DNA of 27,139 nucleotides, from assembly GCA_018649825.1 (NCBI GenBank), contig JABIHC010000113.1, positions 1 to 27,139 of the forward strand, in the 5' to 3' direction. The DNA comes from Methanobacteriota archaeon. GTDB lineage: Archaea; Thermoplasmatota; Poseidoniia; Poseidoniales; Poseidoniaceae. How positions within the stretch are numbered: position 1 is the first letter of the stretch; every line of letters starts with the position of its first letter. A model generated the notes under the pieces. It was not told the DNA's origin and did no database searches. It was given only the letters and a program-made list of their open reading frames with translations. The translations under genes were made by a program, and so were the position numbers. This document shows positions 15,284 through 23,244 of this stretch, piece after piece.

Positions 15284-16672
15284 ATGCAAACACGTCAACT
15301 TAGCGCCTTTCTCATGCTATTGATATTCAGTTTATCTTCTTGGAGTAGTATTTATTCACCTTCACAATTGGCTGAAGACGCTGCGGCTCAACAACCGGAC
15401 ATTACTCAAGAGCATTGGTACCATTCATGGGCAACAATAACTTATGATACCGCTCAATGGGCTAATAATCATCCTGAAATTGTCACTCGTATTTCTGCAG
15501 GAACGACTGTTCTCGGCCGCGACCAGTGGGTCGTGCGAATAAGTGATTGGTCAGTAGAGAATAAGTCTGATGGAAGCCCAAAGGAATTGGTTTACATCGA
15601 TGGAGGGCACCATGGAAATGAGCATTTGGGCACCGAACTTGCTTTCTTAACCGCTGAATATTATATTGAAGAATGGTTGAGTGGAAATGAAGAAGTAATG
15701 GAAATATTAGGTAATACCGAGATTCACGTTTTGATAATGTTGAATGCAGACGGGAATGATATTGACAATCGCTGGAATACTAATGCAGTCGATTTAAACC
15801 GCAACTATGATCATCATTGGACAACTGAAGAATCTAGAAGCGGTAGTGGGCCTTTTAGTGAACCTGAAACAAGAAATAATGCCGATTATATGAATGAATA
15901 TATGATTGATGCGGACCTTTATGTGACAATGCACACCGGTACTTGGATTCTTGCCTACCCGTGGGGTTTCACCGGTGATATGCCAAGTGATTATGAGATG
16001 TATGAGTACATTCGTGATACATTGCATGAAGAAGTTGACCCAGACCTCCCTGTTCGAAATGCAAATGCTGGAATTTATCCAACACATGGCACCTCAAGAG
16101 ACTATGGCTATGGGGTGATGGGTTACCCTACATTTACCTTTGAAACTGACGATGAACAATTTTTGCCAGGCACTGTTGAATCACTTTCAGACAGACTTTC
16201 TGTTGAATTAGATGTGATGAAATATTTGATTTCAAATGTTTGGTTTTGGCGGGCTAGGCTTGAAGTAAGTAGCCTTGTAATGAGTGAAGATGAAATCCAT
16301 CTTTCGGTCAATAATTTAGGTAGAGCATCTACCTCCAATGCCTCTTTACAATATGTTTCGCAATCTGGTGAAGTAGCATGGAACTCAACAAATTTCTCAG
16401 TAAATGCCAGCAATTCAACAATGGAGATACTTAATGCGGTGAATCTCACTATTGATGACGGCGGATATTTCCAATTATTTTATCAAAAGCGAGTCATTAA
16501 TGCAGCAATTTGGGTTGCAGAACCTCTTGAGAACATTACAATTGAGATTGAAGAAAAAGAAGAAACCTCTTGGCTCGGCGTGTTTGGAATAATGGACCTA
16601 TCTTCCTATCTACTAATTTGGCTACTTTGTGCAGTATATATTGAACGCAAAAACGAACGGGCTATAGATTGA
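15284..16672 (+). CDS. Secreted, membrane-anchored zinc carboxypeptidase (peptidase M14, N/E-like HGNE subtype)
   Basis: The signal peptide is LSAFLMLLIFSLSSWSS. The zinc and catalytic motifs are YIDGGHHGNEHLGTE, LNADGND, DLNRNYDHHW, VTMHTG and TFTFETDD. The C-terminal region is sequon-rich (NAS, NST, NFS, NAS, NST, NLT, NIT) and is followed by a TM anchor LSSYLLIWLLCAVYI. Confidence 0.8.
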   Translation: MQTRQLSAFLMLLIFSLSSWSSIYSPSQLAEDAAAQQPDITQEHWYHSWATITYDTAQWANNHPEIVTRISAGTTVLGRDQWVVRISDWSVENKSDGSPKELVYIDGGHHGNEHLGTELAFLTAEYYIEEWLSGNEEVMEILGNTEIHVLIMLNADGNDIDNRWNTNAVDLNRNYDHHWTTEESRSGSGPFSEPETRNNADYMNEYMIDADLYVTMHTGTWILAYPWGFTGDMPSDYEMYEYIRDTLHEEVDPDLPVRNANAGIYPTHGTSRDYGYGVMGYPTFTFETDDEQFLPGTVESLSDRLSVELDVMKYLISNVWFWRARLEVSSLVMSEDEIHLSVNNLGRASTSNASLQYVSQSGEVAWNSTNFSVNASNSTMEILNAVNLTIDDGGYFQLFYQKRVINAAIWVAEPLENITIEIEEKEETSWLGVFGIMDLSSYLLIWLLCAVYIERKNERAID

Positions 16673-16704
16673 AGTGCGGAACTCCCTCCCGTGGGGTGAG
16701 ACAC

Positions 16705-18198
16705 ATGGAAATTACAGTCAGCAATATCGAACATGTTAACGGAACCTTGGTTCTGCCAATTAACAAAGGTGATGAGCACATCACCGATGACCGCCTTGGT
16801 GGTGTTGCACGAAGCCTACGCAACCAAATTGAATTGATTGTTAGTAGTGGCGATGCAACTGGCAAAAAAGGCGAAGTAATTACCCTGCATGCTGCTGATG
16901 GTAAAGCAGCAATAATTGGAATGGGTAAGGAATCAGAGCGCAATGAAAAGACTTGTCGAGATGCTGGAGCAAAATTCGTGGGCCAATACAAAAAGCGACA
17001 TGGTGTTGAATTCACCATACGTTTCTTTGGCTGGAGTGAGGCTGAAATGGCCGCTTTTGCAGAGGGGATGATTCTACGCGATTACAAGTATGATAAATAC
17101 AAATCCAAGGGTGAAGATGGTGAAGAAGATGTATCATTGAAAGCCATTTTGCAATGTGAAGAATCTTCAGTCAAAGCCTTAGGAAAATTAGTTTCAACCG
17201 CTGCTGCTGTTGCCACCGGAGTACATTTGGCAAGAGATTTAGGCAATTGTCCACCAAATGATCTCTTCCCAATGGCATATGCACACAATGCAGTAGAATG
17301 GGCCAAGGGCAAAGAGAATGTGCAAGTAAACATCATCTCATTTGAAGAAGCGAAAGAACTTGGGATGGGCGGACTTGTCGGCGTTGGAATGGGAAGTGAC
17401 CGTAAACCATGTATGGTAATTTTTGAATTAAATCGTACAGTAGCTGGCCCCGCTCCAGTAATTGTTGGAAAGGGAATTACCTTTGATACCGGTGGCATTT
17501 CAATTAAACCAAGTCCAAGCATGGACGAAATGAAGTATGATATGCATGGGAGTGCAACAGTATTTGGATTAATTCAGGCTCTGCATGCAACCAATCACGA
17601 AGGTCGAGTAACTATCATTGCCTGTATGGCAGAAAATATGCCCGATGCCGGAGCACAACGCCCAGGTGATGTAATAACAACATATTCCGGTAAAACCGTT
17701 GAAGTGTTGAATACCGATGCTGAAGGACGCCTAGTTCTTGCAGATGGGTTGTGGAAGGCCGCTGATTACGACCCCTCATACATCATTGATCTCGCTACCT
17801 TAACCGGAGCATGCGTAGTTGCATTAGGTCATGAAGCAAGTGGACTTTGGTCAAATAATGATGACCTCCTTAACAATATCAAGGAAGCAGGAGAGGCTGT
17901 AGATGAAATCGCTTGGCCAATGCCGTTATTCCCTGCATTTGAAAAGGAAATGAAGGATTCCAAGATTGCTGATTTGAGAAATCTCGGTGCAGGGCGCTGG
18001 GGTGGATCAAATACCGCTGCTGCGTTCCTAAAACAATTCGTGCCAAGTAAAGGAGAAGGCGAAGATAAAGAGCAAATTCCTTGGGCACACATGGACATCG
18101 CGGGGACTGCATGGGGTGCTAAGAGTAATGCTTGTGTGGCACATGGGGCTACCGGTATCCACGTCCGGACGCTCCATCGCTTGATTACAAAGCAATGA
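16705..18198 (+). CDS. pepA: Leucyl aminopeptidase (peptidase M17)
   Basis: M17 signatures VGKGITFDTGGISIKP and NTDAEGRLVLAD are present, together with DMHGSA and LATLTGA. ATG 16705 is preceded by GGGGTGAG and is preferred over TTG 16669. Confidence 0.9.
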   Translation: MEITVSNIEHVNGTLVLPINKGDEHITDDRLGGVARSLRNQIELIVSSGDATGKKGEVITLHAADGKAAIIGMGKESERNEKTCRDAGAKFVGQYKKRHGVEFTIRFFGWSEAEMAAFAEGMILRDYKYDKYKSKGEDGEEDVSLKAILQCEESSVKALGKLVSTAAAVATGVHLARDLGNCPPNDLFPMAYAHNAVEWAKGKENVQVNIISFEEAKELGMGGLVGVGMGSDRKPCMVIFELNRTVAGPAPVIVGKGITFDTGGISIKPSPSMDEMKYDMHGSATVFGLIQALHATNHEGRVTIIACMAENMPDAGAQRPGDVITTYSGKTVEVLNTDAEGRLVLADGLWKAADYDPSYIIDLATLTGACVVALGHEASGLWSNNDDLLNNIKEAGEAVDEIAWPMPLFPAFEKEMKDSKIADLRNLGAGRWGGSNTAAAFLKQFVPSKGEGEDKEQIPWAHMDIAGTAWGAKSNACVAHGATGIHVRTLHRLITKQ

Positions 18199-18200
18199 TA

Positions 18201-18206
18201 TTTTTT
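18201..18206 (+). terminator. Oligo-T run 3 nt after the pepA stop (possible archaeal-type terminator)
   Basis: TTTTTT follows TGA 18196..18198 in the convergent gap between pepA and tfs. Archaeal termination commonly uses oligo-T tracts. The evidence is only the position of the tract. Confidence 0.25.
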
Positions 18207-18271
18207 CAAATGTCAACCATCTCATTCTTTGTGGATGAGGTAGGCTTGGCTTAGGATGGATTAATGGAGAG

Positions 18272-18625
18272 TTAGTATTCTCTCCAACCATGTTTACAAG
18301 ATTTACAAGTAAGCATACGCGTTTCAGGTTCATCCGAAGCACGAGTTTGTTCCAAATATGAGAATACTTCTCTTTTGTCACATTTAGGGCAAATATAGTC
18401 TCCATTAGTAAGTACCCCGCGCATATTATCGGCATCGTTAATTACCTCATATTTGCGTGATTGAACCTTGCTTGAACTCATGGTTTTTGACAGGTCAATT
18501 TCGCCTCCGTCTGCCGTTTTCACAACATTAGAAGCATCACCATCGTATCCACATTTATAGTTGGGACATTTGATGTGACCTTTGGAGTCTGGGAATGCCA
18601 GTGTTCCACAAGATGGACAGAACAT
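18272..18625 (-). CDS. tfs: Transcription factor S / RNA polymerase subunit M family (TFIIS-type zinc ribbon)
   Basis: The N-terminal zinc ribbon is MFCPSCGTLAFPD...IKCPNYKCGY. The C-terminal TFIIS ribbon, with its acidic hairpin, is YICPKCDKREVFSYLEQTRASDEPETRMLTCKSCKHGWREY. An upstream in-frame ATG at 18658 would add 11 aa; the family normally starts M-x-(F)-C-P. Confidence 0.8.
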   Translation of the reverse strand: MFCPSCGTLAFPDSKGHIKCPNYKCGYDGDASNVVKTADGGEIDLSKTMSSSKVQSRKYEVINDADNMRGVLTNGDYICPKCDKREVFSYLEQTRASDEPETRMLTCKSCKHGWREY

Positions 18626-18740
18626 AGATACTCCGGTAGTGAAGGGGCTTATCAGCATACCGTTTAGGGGGCTCTAAAATATTTGAAATAGAGGATAACA
18701 TTTTTTTTGGTCAAATGAGAATAATAATACATATCTATTT

Positions 18741-19808
18741 TTGGCAATTATTGAAGGTACACTTTTTCACTTGGAAGCCTTAGGAGTAATTGTGCAGGGC
18801 ATTTGGTTTGATTGGCGAGCGGCTGCAGTCGTAAATTCAGATGGTGTAATCATTGATGTTGAAGAGTGGTCTGGCCCCTATAAGGTAAATGATGTAATGC
18901 AGCGTCTTGAATTGCTAAAAGCAGGGGCAATGACAACCGAAGCCCGTAGTCTTCTCATTCAATTTCCCGATTCAATACTCCTTCCTTCTGGCTCGAGTGA
19001 CCTTCCCGAAGCAAATTACCCTATACCAGATGATGACGCGCAAACAATTGCAGATGAAGCAGCATTAAAGTTAGCAGAAGACGGGGTGGCATTGGCTGCC
19101 GGTGACCCAGACAGACGACTTGAGCACCTTATCGGGGCCGCAGAAGAACTTCGCTCAGCATGGGTAACTGGTGAAGGCAGAATGGTAGAATGGGTTGGTC
19201 TATTTATCCCTCAGGCTCGTTTTGAACGCGATAGATCAAAACTAGCAACGCAAATTATTTCCTCGGCAAATATTGCTCAACTTGCTGAAACTCTAAATGC
19301 AGAATTGCCTCCTGTTGGGCCAGAGGATTCCGAATGGCATTCTCTTCACTCTTGGGCCCTCTATGTGTCTAACATGGAAAAACAATTGAATCAGATAGAA
19401 AATTCAATCCGTACAATAACACGAATACACTTGCCTTCACTGACTGCACTCCTCGGCCCTTTGCTTTCTGCCCGTCTTTGTGTTTCTGCTCACGGGAGAA
19501 TGCGTTTAGCAAGGCTACCTGCCGGCACAATCCAAGTATTGGGTGCTGAAAAAGCATTTTTTCACCATTTAAAAACCGGTGCACCCCCACCAAAACACGG
19601 TCATTTGTTCATGCACCCTTGGATATCCCGCTCCCCGAGGTGGGTGCGAGGAAAAATTTCACGTATGTTGGCAAGCAAGGCAGCAATTGCCGCTAGATGC
19701 GATGCATTTGGCGGTGAGGCTTGGTCTCCGGCGCAAGTAGAAAAAGTTGAAGATAAAGTAAATGAGATTAGAACTCGTCATCCAAAACCAAAGCAAATCC
19801 AAAGGTAG
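18741..19808 (+). CDS. nop5: Nop5 (Nop56/58) C/D box sRNP core protein
   Basis: The Nop domain reads LPSLTALLGPLLSARLCVSAHGRMRLARLPAGTIQVLGAEKAFFHHLKTGAPPPKHGHLFMHPWI...RGKISRMLASKAAIAARCDAFGG. It sits immediately upstream of fibrillarin, as in most archaea. The start is uncertain: TTG 18741 is the longest option, and GTG 18792 is preceded by AGGAG. Confidence 0.85.
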   Translation: MAIIEGTLFHLEALGVIVQGIWFDWRAAAVVNSDGVIIDVEEWSGPYKVNDVMQRLELLKAGAMTTEARSLLIQFPDSILLPSGSSDLPEANYPIPDDDAQTIADEAALKLAEDGVALAAGDPDRRLEHLIGAAEELRSAWVTGEGRMVEWVGLFIPQARFERDRSKLATQIISSANIAQLAETLNAELPPVGPEDSEWHSLHSWALYVSNMEKQLNQIENSIRTITRIHLPSLTALLGPLLSARLCVSAHGRMRLARLPAGTIQVLGAEKAFFHHLKTGAPPPKHGHLFMHPWISRSPRWVRGKISRMLASKAAIAARCDAFGGEAWSPAQVEKVEDKVNEIRTRHPKPKQIQR

Positions 19809-19817
19809 GGTATTGTA

Positions 19818-20579
19818 ATGAGTGGTGAAGAAAGTTCCAGCCAAAGGAAAATAAAGAGGAACAATAATAATTCCAAGTCAAAGAATTATTCTAACCTTTC
19901 TTGGGCAGTTAGAATGCAACGTCGAGCAATTTGGACAATTAATGCCAATCCTCGCAAAACAGTCTATGGTGAATCCTTGCGGCGTTTCAATGGAAAAGAG
20001 TATCGTCGTTGGGACCCTCGACGCTCAAAACTTGCTGCTGCAATGATTCGTACTCGCAATAATCCCGATATATTGCTTCCAGCAGCAGGAAGCCAAATAT
20101 TGTATTTAGGTGCTGGGCATGGAACTACTATTTCTCACCTTCATGACCATTTATGTGGTGCAGACAATAGGAAAGGAGGGCGCCTAGTTGCTGTTGATTT
20201 GGCTCCGCGTTGCTTGCGTGATTTAACCCATCTCGCTCATTCGCGAAAAGGTTTAGTTCCAGTTCTTGGTGATGCTCGAAAACATACTGCATGGGGTGCT
20301 CTTGTTCCACGTAGAGTCAATTGGTTATTCCAAGATGTAGCTCAAGCAGGCCAAGTAGAAATTTTCTTATCTGCTTGTGATTCTTTTTTAGCAATAGAGG
20401 GGATTGCATTATTGAGCCTAAAAGCAGCAAGTGAACGCTGGAATAGCGAAGGAGAGGCTGCTCTATTTACAGAGGTAGGAAGAAAAATTGAAGCACATGG
20501 TTTAGAATTACTTGAAGGGATAAAATTAACTGGATTCGAGGATAATCATACTTTATTTGTTGTGAGGAGAGGATCATGA
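19818..20579 (+). CDS. flpA: Fibrillarin-like rRNA/tRNA 2'-O-methyltransferase
   Basis: Diagnostic segments are EYRRWDPRRSKLAAAM, the SAM-binding ILYLGAGHGTTISHLHD, VAVDLAPRCLRDL and FQDVAQAGQVEI. The N-terminus is a Lys/Asn/Ser-rich extension rather than a GAR domain. Confidence 0.9.
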   Translation: MSGEESSSQRKIKRNNNNSKSKNYSNLSWAVRMQRRAIWTINANPRKTVYGESLRRFNGKEYRRWDPRRSKLAAAMIRTRNNPDILLPAAGSQILYLGAGHGTTISHLHDHLCGADNRKGGRLVAVDLAPRCLRDLTHLAHSRKGLVPVLGDARKHTAWGALVPRRVNWLFQDVAQAGQVEIFLSACDSFLAIEGIALLSLKAASERWNSEGEAALFTEVGRKIEAHGLELLEGIKLTGFEDNHTLFVVRRGS

Positions 20580-21286
20580 AACTCAAAGCAAAAGAGACTG
20601 GAGTGGGCGGGAAATTGTTTGCGCCTGAACTATTATCCAATTGGTTAATCACAAAAACCATGCCAATTTTTCCAGTTTCTCGCAAAGTAATTGTGCTATT
20701 ACTGCCTTTGATGCTAATTCTCCCTGGGTGCTTAACTACTGGACCTACAATTGCAGAATCGGCTTTCCATGGCACTGAAATGGACTCTAATCTGTGGGCG
20801 CCATTATTTACTTTACAGGACCAAAATGAAGATTTATGGTCGCTAGAGGATTATCGCGGGAAAACGGTAATCATGGCATTTATCTATACTCGATGTTTTG
20901 ATACTTGTCCGGCAATCAGTGCTTCTTTGACATCAGTAAGAGGAAAATTATCGCAAGATGAATTGAATAATACCGAATGGGTTTCTATCACTATTGACCC
21001 TTGGTATGATTCGCCTTCTGTACTACAGAATTGGACCTCTGAAAGAGGATATAATTGGACTCACTTAACTGGTGCTGATACAGCGGTAACTCCTATTTTA
21101 GATTCATATGGTGTGGCGCCAATCTCTTATGAGGACAACTCCAGTGAAGGTTATGGATTTGCACATGCACAACCAACCTACATTATTGATGAAACAGGCC
21201 ACTTCCAAGTGGTATGGTCCGAAGAAGATATTCCAATAGATTTGTTTGTGGAAGACATACGTGTCCTTCTTGGGCAAATGGAGTAG
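20576..21286 (+). CDS. SCO1/SenC-family thioredoxin-fold copper chaperone, membrane or lipid anchored
   Basis: The Sco CxxxC motif is in YRGKTVIMAFIYTRCFDTCPAISASL, with the conserved His in GFAHAQPTYIIDETGH. ATG 20576 overlaps the fibrillarin stop (ATGA) and is preceded by GAGGAGAGG. The alternative ATG 20660 would give a lipoprotein-like signal MPIFPVSRKVIVLLLPLMLILPGC. Confidence 0.8.
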   Translation: MKLKAKETGVGGKLFAPELLSNWLITKTMPIFPVSRKVIVLLLPLMLILPGCLTTGPTIAESAFHGTEMDSNLWAPLFTLQDQNEDLWSLEDYRGKTVIMAFIYTRCFDTCPAISASLTSVRGKLSQDELNNTEWVSITIDPWYDSPSVLQNWTSERGYNWTHLTGADTAVTPILDSYGVAPISYEDNSSEGYGFAHAQPTYIIDETGHFQVVWSEEDIPIDLFVEDIRVLLGQME

Positions 21287-21294
21287 TGAAACTC

Positions 21295-22155
21295 TTGCCT
21301 GAGTTACCGGAGGTTGAAACGGTACGCGCAGGTCTTGAAGCACAGATGGTTGGCCAACGAATTAGCAAAGTATTACTCCGCCGAGACGGCCTTAGATTTC
21401 CCTTCCCTGAAAATATGGAGAAGCGGATGGTTGGTGCGGAAGTCGGCGCTGTTGAAAGGAGAGCGAAGTATCTAATTATTCGACTAAACACAGCGGATGA
21501 TTGGTTGGTTCACTTAGGGATGAGTGGCTATTTTTCATTAGTCAATGACAGGGGTTCAATCGCTAATTATGAGCCACTGAAACATGACCATGTATTGGTT
21601 GAATTTGAAAATGGATTTATTGCAGTTTACAATGACACACGTCGTTTCGGGGTAATGGATTTGTTTCCAGCGGGCCGCGAGAACGAACATCGTTTGATTT
21701 CTCATCTTGGCCCTGAGCCTTTGTTGGATTCTTGGGATGCAAGCGTGTTAGCCAAATCATTGAGTGGTAGAAAAACTGCAATTAAAGTGGCACTATTGGA
21801 TCAAAAAGTCGTAGTAGGGGTGGGAAATATATACGCTAGTGAAGCACTATTTAGGGCAAGAATATCACCATTGGTTGAATCGGCTAAGATTGTTGGAAAA
21901 AACGGAATAAACATGAGGTCTGCATTATTGGTAAGTGAAATAAAAAAGGTATTACGAGAAGCAATCGCAGCAGGTGGCTCAACATTGAAAGACTTCAAAT
22001 CGGTAGATGGTACACTTGGCTATTTTGCCCATTCTTTCAAAGTATATGGCCGTGAAGGTGAAGCATGTGTCACTAATACTTGTGTTGGAGAGGTAGAGAG
22101 AATTGTTCAAGGAGGGCGTTCTACTTTCTATTGTCCAGTCTGTCAGAAAAAATAA
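21295..22155 (+). CDS. mutM: Formamidopyrimidine-DNA glycosylase (Fpg/MutM), TTG-initiated
   Basis: The protein aligns end to end with E. coli Fpg: (M)PELPEVETVRAGLE, RRAKYLII, HLGMSG, KHDHV, RRFG, LGPEPL, the H2TH segment LLDQKVVVGVGNIYASEALF, GGSTLKDF, and the C-terminal zinc finger C-x4-C...FYCPVCQ. Only the TTG at 21295 places the catalytic Pro at position 2. The ORF-track start (ATG 21214) and the in-frame GTG 21286 would bury it. Confidence 0.85.
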   Translation: MPELPEVETVRAGLEAQMVGQRISKVLLRRDGLRFPFPENMEKRMVGAEVGAVERRAKYLIIRLNTADDWLVHLGMSGYFSLVNDRGSIANYEPLKHDHVLVEFENGFIAVYNDTRRFGVMDLFPAGRENEHRLISHLGPEPLLDSWDASVLAKSLSGRKTAIKVALLDQKVVVGVGNIYASEALFRARISPLVESAKIVGKNGINMRSALLVSEIKKVLREAIAAGGSTLKDFKSVDGTLGYFAHSFKVYGREGEACVTNTCVGEVERIVQGGRSTFYCPVCQKK

Positions 22156-22363
22156 TTCGGATTATTGTGCTTATCTTCCATTTCCAATGGTATTGTAGTA
22201 AGTGTATTTAGCAACACTAAGTAATGTACACGGCCCGGCGATACTAATTCGGTGTCTTAATCTTACTTTTTACCGGTATCCGCACGGAATTACTTATAAC
22301 TAATCCGAAAACATGCAATGATAAGCGCCTAAGTGTAGGCGATAATAATTGGATGTGAAATGA

Positions 22364-23011
22364 ATGGGAATGAATAAAGATATGCAAGCAATGGGCGCAG
22401 AATTTTTCGGCGTCATGATAGTCGTGTTAGTCGGTGCATCAACTGGCAGTGCAATGCTCACAGGTATTGCCCTTGGTCTAATGATGACAATGGCAATGGC
22501 GGTTTCTGCTGGACACCTTAATCCAGCAATTACCCTAGCTCAAATGGCACTACAAAAGATGGAACCAGAGGATGGTTTGAAATATATCGCAGCGCAATTA
22601 GCTGGGGCAGCAGGTGGATTTTTGATCTACATGCATGTATTAAGTGAAGACTTAGTAAAAACAAGTGGATTTGCAGCAGATGGAATTTGGCTCACTTTAG
22701 CAGGTCTATTAGTAGTAATGATGATTTACACCTTGGTGTGGATTGCAACTGTAGGTACTGGAATGGTTGAAGGCCATGGCGGACTTGGAGTAGGTGTAAT
22801 GTTTTGGCTTCTAATGGAATCATTGGAACGTACCGGCAATCTTTCAATGGCAGATGGTATGAATGCTGCAATTCACTTGATGCAAGATATTCTTGGTGGA
22901 ACTGTAGAAGGTGGAACTTTCTGGCTTGTTTGGCTTGGAACATTCCTCGGTGCTCTCGTAGCATTTTGGGTTTGGGATGAGTTCATGGGCGAGGACGACG
23001 ACGAAGAGTAA
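22364..23011 (+). CDS. Short MIP/aquaporin-family channel with a degenerate second NPA box
   Basis: GAEFFGVMIVVLVGA...AVSAGHLNPAITLAQ is the canonical first half-helix, with NPA at nt 22520..22528. The second half has TGNLSMADGMNAAIHL, i.e. NAA at 22862..22870 and no Arg after it. There are six hydrophobic segments in only 215 aa, and the tail is the acidic GEDDDEE. Several alternative Met starts occur within the first 10 codons. Confidence 0.65.
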   Translation: MGMNKDMQAMGAEFFGVMIVVLVGASTGSAMLTGIALGLMMTMAMAVSAGHLNPAITLAQMALQKMEPEDGLKYIAAQLAGAAGGFLIYMHVLSEDLVKTSGFAADGIWLTLAGLLVVMMIYTLVWIATVGTGMVEGHGGLGVGVMFWLLMESLERTGNLSMADGMNAAIHLMQDILGGTVEGGTFWLVWLGTFLGALVAFWVWDEFMGEDDDEE

Positions 23012-23244
23012 CTATTACTCTTGAATCTCAGCCCAACAAAGGCCACATAATTCAAATCTGGCGGCGCCAGGTTTCCAAGTAATTCACCCTTGGGTTGTTA
23101 CGCAGAGCGAATATAGTCATGTATCGCTATTACTTTCAATAAGAGAAATATTGTTCTAAACAATGAATCTGTTCACCCTTTTTCAAAGTAGCCTAGAGGC
23201 AAGAGCCGCTGGGTTTCAAATATGACAGGGTATGTAGTAGTGGT

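Noticed and set aside
22156-22363. 208-bp intergenic region before the MIP gene as a structured ncRNA. It has short inverted repeats, e.g. TTCGGATTA at 22157..22165 and TAATCCGAA at about 22301..22309.
   Set aside because: I found only short, scattered complementary segments and no match to any riboswitch or sRNA consensus I know. It most likely holds the Fpg terminator hairpin (AATAAT-TCGG-ATTATT) plus the MIP promoter.
23051-23069. tRNA-like 3' end (TTCAAATCTGGCGGCGCCA) downstream of the MIP gene
   Set aside because: The five bases before the putative T-loop do not pair with CTGGC, and no acceptor, D or anticodon arms can be drawn. It is more simply a short GC hairpin (CTGGC-GGC-GCCAG) in the 3' region.
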